From: Paramecium tetraurelia
Lineage: Eukaryota
Length of the DNA: 64,000 nucleotides
NCBI GenBank assembly: GCA_000165425.1
Contig: CT868318.1
Location: 647,067-711,066 of the forward strand
Reading direction: 5' to 3'
Below are positions 54,192-64,000 of this stretch, piece after piece (position 1 is the stretch's first letter; each line of letters begins with the position of its first letter). The translations under genes were made by a program, and so were the position numbers. The notes below the pieces were generated by a model. The model saw nothing but the letters and a program-made list of their open reading frames with translations. It ran no database searches and had not been told where the DNA came from.

Positions 54192-54822
54192 TCATTTGAC
54201 AGTGGTTGTAGGGACTCCATCTCCTAAAGCTTTAACCTTTTCCAATAATGAGTCATCTACAACAGTACCATCTACATTTTTTAAGGTATTAATCCTTTTG
54301 AGAACAAGCAATTTAGGGTCATCTTTCTAACCATCATAAATAGGGTTTCCTTTTGAATAATTTAAAAGAATTACCTACAAAGAGTACATTGGCTATTTCT
54401 GGGAGATCTTTCAATTTATCAACTTCATCCCAGACCTTGATTCTGTTATTACCAATATAAAGTGTATGTAATTTTACGCATGGTTGTAGACCATCAAGTC
54501 TTTCAATGTAATTATAACTTAACCAAAGTTCTTTTAAAGTTTATCCTATTTCTTCCAATCCTGCTATTTTCTTTATATTGTTTCTTGATAGTGACAGTAT
54601 TTCTATTTGCCTTAAACCAGGCAGATTGACCATCTTTTCTATTGCATTTGAAGAAAGGGACAAGCGTTTTACTTTAGCCAATGTATTTAAAACTGGAGGA
54701 TCTAATTTGTCAAGAGGTGGATTTTAGAATATCAATCTAATATCTTCTGCTTCAGATGGTTGTTCACCTGGATGTTCTTGTTCCCAGTTTTAAAGAGCTT
54801 TTGCACAAGTTGTCTTTGCCAT
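54192..54822 (-). CDS. DNAL1: Axonemal outer-arm dynein light chain 1 (LRR)
   Basis: MAKTTCAKALQNWE, LSLSSNAIEKM, LSLSRNNIKKI, LKELWLSYNYIE, GNPIY, LKNVDG. Confidence 0.95.
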
Positions 54823-54954
54823 TTGATAATTTATATAAAATTTAATTATTAATTTTGAAGTTCAAAATTTCTGTTTAAATAGGCTAATAGTATATTCTCA
54901 AAGATACTTATAGAACAATTTAACCTTAGGAATTGAAACTGAGTTGAAGTTTTT

Positions 54955-55350
54955 TTTATGATCATAGTATAAATTTCATTTTATTATTAGAATATAAGTC
55001 GAACGTGGAAAGTCAATGTAGTTGATAATTTTAATTCAACGAAAAGACAAACTGTTATTGATTTTGATAACAATAATAGTGCTGATTCGACAATTAATAA
55101 AACTTATTTATTATGACTAACACCAAAGGTTAGAGCGAGTTTCGAACTTTAGGTGAAGTTAATATTTAAAAAGTTTGGTAGTTAATAATGAATATATATA
55201 AATCTGTATTATAACTAAATTGTGTTCATGGAGGGGAAGGAATACTTTGATTGTGTATGTGTAAATATTATTGATTAATATAAATTACTAAAGAATTCAT
55301 TATTTTATTTATTAAATAACACTCTTTTTTGGAGTGAAGAATTTAGAGGA
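54955..55350 (+). pseudogene. Possible decayed small-GTPase remnant
   Basis: Fragments in shifting frames: YDH...ILLL..KSNV, GKS, IKLIYYD, GQSEFRTL, RG...LIVY. Confidence 0.25.
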
Positions 55351-55434
55351 AGGTATGGTTTCATTGCAAGAATATCACTTAATATTATTCATTATACTTT
55401 TATATTTTATCAATTCCTTTATATTACTTTAGGA

Positions 55435-57902
55435 ATGAGCGAAGAAAATTAATTGAATGATGATAAAAACTAAAACAGAAATAATCTCGAGAAAATTATA
55501 AAGTTAGATAAAAAGAATGGGAATTTTGATATTTATGATAAGTATTCTAAGTATGTTCAATTTTCATTACAAATAGACGGAAACTGAAAATTAGAACCTC
55601 TTAGAATAATTCACACATCAACAGTTCATATTAAAATGAATACATTTTATGTTATTTTTGGAGACACATCAATTAAGTATACTTCAAGAAAATTGATGAA
55701 CCAGAATAAGAGCGACTTGAGTATCTCAAGGCTATAAATGAAGACGTCTTATATACTGAATTTCCTGTGAAATATACAGATTATAAGTTTTATTAAGCCA
55801 GGCAAATCTTAAATAAGTAGCAATTGAAATCAGAAAATTCTACTTATAATGAAAATATTTTAAAGCATATTAGATTAAGTGGACTTATTCACAAAGCCAA
55901 AGATTTAAAAATACCTCAGATTGATAAAATATATTATATGAAATAGAAATCCATGGTCAAATTTAAATAATAATAAAACATTAGGTATTAATTTATTAAT
56001 AAAAGTTCGTTAATTTAAGAAAATGCTTAATTAGACAAATTATTGGATAAGTTGAATGAATAAATAGAATTAAGAACTGATTAAAAGGATGAAATATTTC
56101 AATAGCTTTAAGAGTATTCTTCAGAATTATAGCTAATCAACAAATAAAATAAAAAAGATTTATAAAATTTAAATTAAAAAATTAAGTCAGACTAACCATT
56201 AAACGTCTTTGGCACTTAGGTTCATATTTATAAGTAACCACGTAATAACAATGGGTTAAGTAAAAGCTAAATTATTTACAACAACGAAGCTTTGCTCATC
56301 TATCTAAGAAAGAGTTTAGAATAATTGGATTATATATAAACTGCTGAATCCATCGTTAAAGTGGTTGGTTCGACTCATTCAGCTAATGGGTTCACATTTT
56401 GCGTTGCATTTGAATCATCCTTAAATTCAAATAATGTGAATATTGAGGAAGACATAATGTATGAATTGGATAAATTAAGAGATACATCTTTATTTAAGTT
56501 TTACAATATTCCTCAAAAGACTAAGTATTCTCACATCGCTTAAAATGTAATTACAAATATATATTAAAGTTCATTGGGATTAACTAAGTGTAACATAATA
56601 GATAGAAAATAAATCCTTTAATAAATAAAAACCTTACAAAAGAGATTAAAATAACATCTTAAAATGAGAATGATACCAACTTATCTCGTTATGAAGCATG
56701 TCATCATTGCAAAATGCTATTTAGGGAAGAATACTTAATATCTTGTAATTATCGAAGTGGAACTATGGGATTGCCAATCATAAATTCATCAATAACTGAT
56801 TCATATATATTTTCATAGAGTATCAGTTTCGATAATAATTTAAGTTGATGATGAAGGGATAGCAAGTCGAAGATAAGTACCAAATAGAAAGAAAACAGCC
56901 TATAGTATTTATTCAAAGAAAAGTATCAATCTATCAAATAATTAGATGGCGAATTAATATGTCAAAGGAAGTTCTGTAGAATGTGCTTGAAGTAGAACTA
57001 TGATATTAAAATCGAAGAGGTTGCTTAGAAGACGGATTGGGTATGTCCCTTTTGTTAAGTATATCCCAATAATCAAAATAAATAGGCAATTTGTTTTTGT
57101 TCGAGATGCCAGAGGAATGATATTATGATCAAGTTGAAAGATTTATTTACAATTTGTGGTGGAGATCTTGAGTAATTAACCAAAGATTCAATTTTTGAGA
57201 AATATGTTAGACCTTTGACTGAGGAGTAGATATATAAACGGAAGCCAAGTTAATTATAAGTAGATTCTCTTTTTATCTTTTAGAGAACTGGTTAATCAAT
57301 AGTCAAATAACAATTAAGCAACTTTAGAGATATGTAAACTATAAGGCTTGATTTTGAAAATCTTAGATTGTTGTGCTCTTCGATATTGAGGAGGGAGAAA
57401 ATGAAATGGAAAATATTAGAATAAGATATTCTTATGTGGAATGAGTACATCAAATCAAATTAAAGCAAGAATCAAAAGAATATTCAAAAGAATAGCAAAC
57501 TGTAATCGAAAACTAAGTAGATCACAAAGAAAATTAAGAAGTAAATACTCTTCATATCAAATAAGATAGGAGATTGACTAAGAATTTTCACCATCACCCT
57601 ATTCTAGCAGTAGCGAGTATTTATAAAGTAGCGAATATGAATCTGGTGAAAATCTAAACTAAATTGAGAAGGAACAGTAGATAACTAAATCGAAATAGAA
57701 AATGAATATAAAATCTAATTCAAAATAGAAAAAATAGAAATAACAATCAATAAATTAGATATTATAGAATTATAAGTCTTTTCCAGCTAAAAATCTCAAG
57801 AGAGAAGTTGCCTATCTTTTGTAATTTCAAGATACTGATACTTACAGTTTGATACTTAAAAAAATCAAATAGGATCAAACAAAGAACCCATCCAGGAGAT
57901 GA
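55435..57902 (+). CDS. Putative chromatin protein with a zf-4CXXC_R1 finger and an EPC/BRPF/JADE-like helix
   Basis: ACHHCK, SC...ICQRKFCRMCLKQNY, DWVCPFCQAICFCSRC, then IRLDFENLRLLCSSILRREKMK. Confidence 0.85.
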
Positions 57903-57950
57903 TAATCAAATTATTAGTATATAATAATAATAATAGTTATGAATTATCAA

Positions 57951-59027
57951 TCAACAAAGTAAACATGTCTATTAAGCGTTCAATGTGCATTGTATGCAGA
58001 CATAGTGTCTATTACATCTAGCCTTAACTTGGGCATCTTATAATGTCATTAAACATTGAGAACACAAATTATTGTTGTTTTTAATGTCATCTTGAGTAAA
58101 TTGTTTTTCGCCGCATTGATACTCGATAATTTTTCTTAATTAAATAAATTAAGATTCCAAATAATTAGGTTGATTAGAACCAACAAATTTAGGAGGCCAG
58201 TTTGGATCCATTAATAAAGTGGCTGCATTTGGTTCTGCATCTTAGATTTTAGGCTACTTTTTCTCTCTTTCTGCTGATGAAGGTCTGAACTTTTAAGTTT
58301 GATTTTTCAAAGTAATCAATCTTCTGATTAATTTTGCATTGCATCCGAATACTGGACAGACTATAGAGTACTTATTTCTAAAATAAATCTTTAGACAATG
58401 TTCACAATATCTATGTCTACAAAATATATTGTTGGCTAAATCTACTTTTGCTATTAAACAAACAGAGCATGCCTTTAATGTTATTTAAATATCCAATTCT
58501 CCATATTGTACTTCGCCAGAATAATTGATGAATCCATACTATTAATGCTCTTCTACAATATAAACTAATTCTTTAGATCCTTTTCCAATTTCTTTTGGAT
58601 AATAATTTTTTTTATAATTCATTCTTACAAATCTAAACCCTGCCTTCACTATTAACATCTTCTTACCGAGTTGTTTGTAAGCTAATGCAAACCCCTCCAA
58701 ACAAATTGATGTTTTCTTATAAAATATCTACATTGCCATGTGAGGACTTAGACCTGCTTTTAATTTAAAAATCAAACATCTTAATTAATATACGGTATGA
58801 CGAAAATAATAGATCTTAAGGGTTTCTTTATTATGAAATGGATTTTTTTCTAAATATTCATAAATCTCAGTCAGCATTAAAATTTACTTCCATATTGCTA
58901 ATTATTCAATTAACAATAAGAATTTGGCTGACTTGGGATTTTTGAACACTCTTAAGTAGCCTTTGCTAAAATTATATTCAAGGGATAGTTTAGTCACTGG
59001 CACTATCGAATATACACTGAGTACCAT
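57951..59027 (-). CDS. Intronless protein with two RING-like fingers
   Basis: CSVC...CRHRYCEHC...CPVFGC and C-terminal CSQC...CNRHYVCIQC...CLLC*. Open frame of 359 codons. Confidence 0.8.
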
Positions 59028-59052
59028 TCTTTTTCTGTTATTATTTTAATTA

Positions 59053-59500
59053 ATGTCTAAAAAATAAACCAATGATAATGCAGATAGATACAAAGGCGAT
59101 GCTGGCAATTTTCAATCTTTAGAAAGTGACGATGGTCCAGGACCAATGAAATGTAATCACCAAAATCTAATTTCTAGCTATTGAAGGTTGGATCGTCATT
59201 GTGAAAGGCATACATGAAGAGGCCCAAGAAGATGATGTATTTGATGCATTCAGTAAATATGGACCAATAAAAAATCTACATTTGAATCTAGACAGAAGAA
59301 CTGGATTTGTGAAAGGGTACAATACCTAATTAAAAGTTATAGTTATGCATTAGTTGAAATTTAATGAATACACTCATGCTTCTGATGCAATTAATGGGAT
59401 CAATAAATCAGAGGGTATATGTGGTAAGAAAGTTCAAGTTGATTGGGCATTTAAAAAGCCTCCAAAGAAAGGAGCATTAAAATAAACTAAAAAATAATGA
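59053..59500 (+). CDS. RBM8A: RNA-binding protein Y14/RBM8A (exon junction complex); carries a +1 frameshift at about 59357-59362
   Basis: [48 protein letters not shown], then VQVDWAFKK in the +1 frame. Confidence 0.93.
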
Positions 59501-59770
59501 TTTAGAATTTATTTGGTTTTTAATAAATAAATAAAAAGGAGAAAAATTTTGATAAAATCAGTTTTTGTAAAATATTGGTGTTTCCTTCAGTTCTCTATTA
59601 ATTGCCAATTGGTTATTAAATATCATAGGTATCTAAGATAAAAATAATAATTGTTTTAATAAATATATATTTATATGGGTAGGTAATACTAAATTTAATA
59701 ATAATTAAGATATTTGATTTATATTTTGAGTAGGAAGTGTAATTATATATCATTTATGATCGATGTACAA

Positions 59771-60028
59771 TCACATTGATTCAAATTCGTTTTCTAATAA
59801 ATTACGGCCTAAAAAGGTAGTATAGTCGATCTAAGTATTCTGTTTACTCTTCAACCTTCTTTTAAAGATAGGGTTCTTGTGAATGATGTATTCTTCTTCT
59901 AAATCGAAAAGAGTTCTACGCGAAGTATGTTTAGAACTTTGTTCTTAATCTAACTAGTCAAAGGTGGGAGTGGAAGGAGTTTGTGGACTTGACGGCAAAT
60001 GGAGTGTATTATATGTTAAATTTTACAT
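59771..60028 (-). CDS. Small disordered protein of about 85 aa with S/T-P sites
   Basis: MQNLTYNTLHLPSSPQTPSTPTF...SRRTLFDLEEE...GRNLLENEFESM*. Confidence 0.65.
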
Positions 60029-60077
60029 TGTATTTTTAATTAATATTATATATATATGTAGTTAATTTAAATTCAAA

Positions 60078-60200
60078 TTATTGCAGCAACATAAGGGTGT
60101 ATTCCATCATCGATGATTATTAAGAGATCAAATCATAGTTATGAAAGACCTATCTTCTTTATTAGAAATTAAATTGGCAAATGAGACATTAATTTATATA
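60078..60200 (+). pseudogene. Possible protein-kinase remnant
   Basis: LQQHKGVFHHR*LLRDQIIVMKDLSSLLEIKLAN loosely matches LH.KGIFHRDLKP.NIL...IKLADFG. Confidence 0.25.
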
Positions 60201-60972
60201 TCTATTTGCAAGACACTTTGAAATATCATTCAAATTTAAAGATCTTGAGATAACTGTTTGTAGGTTTGATAAGAGTCTAAATGATGATGATATTTTGAAT
60301 AGATTATTTAAATAAATCATCAGCTGAATGATATTAAATCATTTTAGAGAATTATTTATTAGGAATTTTTTGGAAGTAAAATTATGAAAAGAATATTTAT
60401 CTATTTAAAATACTATTTCTTCCAAAATGGATTCGGATGATATAAATATATAAGGCGAATAATAAATTATCTCCTAGAAATCAATATATTATTTACAGGT
60501 TTATATTAATTAAATTTAAAATGAATATTTGATAATTGGATGATATTAATTATTTGACTTATTAAATTGATATAAGATTGAATAAAATTAGTAAAAGTAA
60601 TTTGATTCCTTAAATGATATTAAATTGTTATCATCTACAATTCTAAAATCATTTGTAGAAAGGAAAAATTAAAAAGTTTTTCTTAGGATAACTCTCAATT
60701 GATCCTAAAATGAATAAATAATGATTAGAAATTAAAATTCCTAGGGAATTAGTAGACTACTTTGCTATATAATTAAATGCATAAATAAAAATTGAAGATT
60801 AGCTTCTTGGGTAAATTCTTCAAAAACTTTGATTTCATGGTTATTTTTATTATTTAACTATGAATTAATTGTTGCTTAAAGGTTTGCTATAAATTAAGGA
60901 TAATTTGACTTTTAGTGAAATGTAATGTAATTTTCAGAATATTAATATAGAATTGAATATTATAAATAGATA

Positions 60973-61964
60973 ATGCAATCAATTAAATTATAATTAAGTG
61001 ATGACCCAGAGCTATCAGGAGTGTGTTCGGCTTTGTTATAAGCATTCACTGAGAATTCGCGAGTATTGCGACATTGTTCAGGAGGAGGCAATTAAACATA
61101 AACGCAGAATAATTTTGGAGATCATCAATTAGAGTCTGACATCTAGTGTGAAGTGAATATCAATAGGGAATTATAGAAATCAGGATTTGTGAGTCATAGT
61201 GCAAATGAAGAGAGTCCTGAAGTAAGAAGAATGATTATAGTGTAGATGAAACAACAATGTGAAGGAGGTAGATATATTGTCACATTTGATCCATTGGATG
61301 GAAGTTCAATAATTGGCACCAATTTTACAGTTGGTACCATAGCGGCCATTTGGAAATCAGATGATAGTCTTTTAATAGGGAAGAGTGGAAGGGATATAGT
61401 ATCTGCTTGTTGTTGTTTGTACGGGAGTAGAACAACTGTAATCATTTATAATCAAAAAGAAGATAAGGTTTAGGAATACACTTTATTTGGTATTAATAAT
61501 TTAGTAAAAGTTTAGACAGCGATAAACAGGGACATTGGGAATTGACAAAAGGCAACATACAAATAAAATAGAAGGGAAACATTTTTAGTCCTGGGAATCT
61601 GAGAAGTATAATTAATCATGAAGCTTATCGAGAAGTGCTTGAGTATTATTTTCATAATGGATACACTTTGAGATATACAGGTGGAATGGCTCCAGATATC
61701 TGTTAAATATTCTTGAAAGAGATTGGGGTTTTTTCTCTTTTTGGGGATGCCAAGAATCCTTGTAAATTAAGATATTTATATGAATGTGCTCCATTATCAT
61801 TTTTAATCGAAAAGGCTGGTGGGAAATCATTCAATGGGTAGTCTTCAGTATTAGATACAGTGATTAGTGGATATGAATAAAAGAGTGAAATAGCTGTTGG
61901 AAGCGCTGAGGATATTGAATTCTTCAGACAAGTATGGAAAAAGCATGGATTATTGAAAAATTGA
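60973..61964 (+). CDS. Sedoheptulose-1,7-bisphosphatase (FBPase class-1 superfamily); 2 introns
   Basis: [61 protein letters not shown]. Confidence 0.88.
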
Positions 61965-62032
61965 TTGTGTTGGCTTAATTATATATGTATAATGATATCA
62001 ACTTTATTTATATATGATTGATACTCAGAATA

Positions 62033-62630
62033 TCATAAATTCTTCAAGAACTTCTCTTCATAAAGTTTAATGCTTTCTTCGATAATTTTGTAGGCATCTT
62101 CTTTTCCTTTGAATTCTTCAACAACTACATGTTTATGTTCAAGTTTCTTGTAATCTTCAAAGAACCTTTGGATTTCTAGAGTAGTATGCAAAGGAATATC
62201 CTTTAAATCATTAATTCCCTAATAGGATGCATCATTTTTGGCTACGGCAATTATCTTATCATCTATTTCTCCCTAATCAACCATATGCATGACTCCGATC
62301 ACTCGAGCCTCCACTAAACACATTGGTTCTATTTCAACTTAACATAACACTAATATATCCAAAGGATCTTTATCATCACAATAAGTTTATGGGATGAAAC
62401 CGTAATTGGCAGGATAATGAACAGATGAAAATAAGACTCTATCCAATTTCAAAAGACCACTATCCTTATCCAATTCATATTTAGCTTTGCTGCCTTTTGT
62501 GATTTCTATGATAGCATTGACAATTCTATTGTTATTGATATATTTACTTTGGACTATCATTACCATAATGTACATGATGCCATGGATTCTTAGCATATTT
62601 CTGGATTAAGTGGACAGATTAATGATTCAT
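62033..62630 (-). CDS. ppa: Soluble family-I inorganic pyrophosphatase (prokaryote/plant-cytosolic type); 1 intron
   Basis: [69 protein letters not shown]. Confidence 0.95.
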
Positions 62631-63301
62631 CAAATTATTAATAATAATAAAATAATTTTAGATAATTGTTATCTTATAAGTATTGTATCATTGTCCATTA
62701 GTTTAGAGGAAATAATACGATATGATGTACACTTCCTATAATGGCTGTTAGAAGCCTTACTCTGATTCCATTTTATAATTGCAGGATATATTGGAGAACT
62801 AAAATTATTTATATCCTTTTTTAAATTCATAAAAATTGAAAATTAAGTCATTAGTAAACTATAATTGGCTAAACTATTTACTTAAATTAATTAGAATTTG
62901 AGGTTAGTAGGTATTGGAAGATAAACATGATGCAATAATAAATTGTTCCCTTATTTTAATTCTTCTTTAGAAATGCTTAAAGTTAAAGTTATTAAATTTT
63001 AATGACTATCTTTTAAGTTATAGCTACATGATCAGTTTCCTTTCCCATCTGAAATCGAATGGATTGTCAAACTAAATTTGATTGAATACTATTTCATAAA
63101 ATGGTGCTATAGAAATTAATTATTAAAATTCAATTCATTAGCTAATACAAGAAATGAATAATAGAATGAATCATTAGGAGAAAAGAAGGAAATGGGGGAG
63201 AAGATGAAAAAAGAAGCGAATTGTGAGTTCAGAATAAGAAATTAGCACTTAAATAATAGTAATCTTTACTGAATTAAATATATGTTCTGAGAAACATTAT
63301 T

Positions 63302-64000
63302 ATGTAAACCAAAAAAAGGATAGAATAAACTGAAATGATAGGAGTAGATCGTATTGAAACAACTGAAGTAGTTGAATTGAATAACAAAGTTAAACTGAAT
63401 TATGAAACAGAGGAAGAAATTTAGGTTTAACCAAGAACTATATATTGATAAACTCTGCCAAAGAAAGCGATATGAAGTTACATCAGAAGAAGAAGATTGA
63501 GGTTATAATAAATTAAAGCTGATTCTCTTTATCAAACTGATAAAATAAATACTAAATAAAGTTAATGTTCCAGGGCAAATGGGGAGAGTATGTTATGAGA
63601 ACTAACAGATGTCTTAGAAGAAGGTTTAAATAATGATGTCTATGATGAAAAATCAAGTAAGATGAACCTATTTATAATAGCTAATAAGATTAAAAATAAG
63701 TAGAATTCCTTGAGGGATTCAGATAATTACTTCAAAGATGTTAGTTGAATAATGTTTGACTAAATTCTGTGTGACTGTATAAGAAATAATTTCAAATTCT
63801 AGATTAGGTATGAAGGGATCCACTTAAACTTAAATGGAGAGATAAATATAGAACCTACAAAAATGCTGGATATAATTTTACGAGACTTTGTTTGGTATTT
63901 TACTAAATCAAGGGTAGATTTAAATGGTATTCTATAGGAATAATTAAATGTTTGCTTATTTTTAATATATAAATTCATCGATAAAATATTTGAGATATTT
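63302..64000 (+). pseudogene. Probable decayed gene running off the window edge
   Basis: Coding-like composition (MQTKKRIEQTEMIG...; ELTDVLEEGLNNDVYDEKSS...) with several in-frame TGA codons and frame changes. Confidence 0.35.

Noticed and set aside
60280..60327. ATGATGA...CTGA box C/D-like pair
   Set aside because: Too short, no internal boxes, and within decayed coding-like sequence.
1..64000. Telomeric repeats, transposons, tRNA/rRNA, CRISPR arrays, selenocysteine TGA
   Set aside because: None seen. In-frame TGA codons occur only in introns, decayed remnants or after the two frameshifts.

Overview
Eukaryotic, very AT-rich ciliate DNA, almost certainly Paramecium macronuclear genome. Genes read through TAA/TAG as Gln, end only at TGA, and carry tiny GT-AG introns of about 20-30 nt. 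The supplied standard-code ORF track therefore breaks real genes into fragments and includes many spurious ORFs. Re-translating by hand with the ciliate code gives about 30 tightly packed genes: WDR26/Gid7-like, CCT-beta, two paralogous type-I membrane proteins, a DCC thiol-disulfide oxidoreductase, a Na+/H+ exchanger, a SHIPPO-repeat protein, a CTD-type phosphatase, a CRIM-like protein, a 12-kb inner-arm dynein heavy chain, a signal-peptide-peptidase-like protease, an AXDND1-like protein, an ABHD hydrolase, exosome Rrp41, a CCT-motif protein, a Cys-rich multi-TM surface protein, RING and C2 proteins, dynein LC1, a zf-4CXXC/EPC-like chromatin protein, Y14, SBPase and a soluble pyrophosphatase. 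Several decayed gene remnants and a 150-N gap are also present. The most notable observations are the EPC/BRPF-type helix combined with a zf-4CXXC finger, single +1 frameshifts in the dynein and Y14 genes, a CRIM-only membrane-anchored protein, a 14-bp head-to-head gene spacing, and SBPase in a non-photosynthetic cell. No mobile elements, tRNA, rRNA or CRISPR arrays were seen. Coordinates and homologies come from manual translation and recalled motifs, not database searches.
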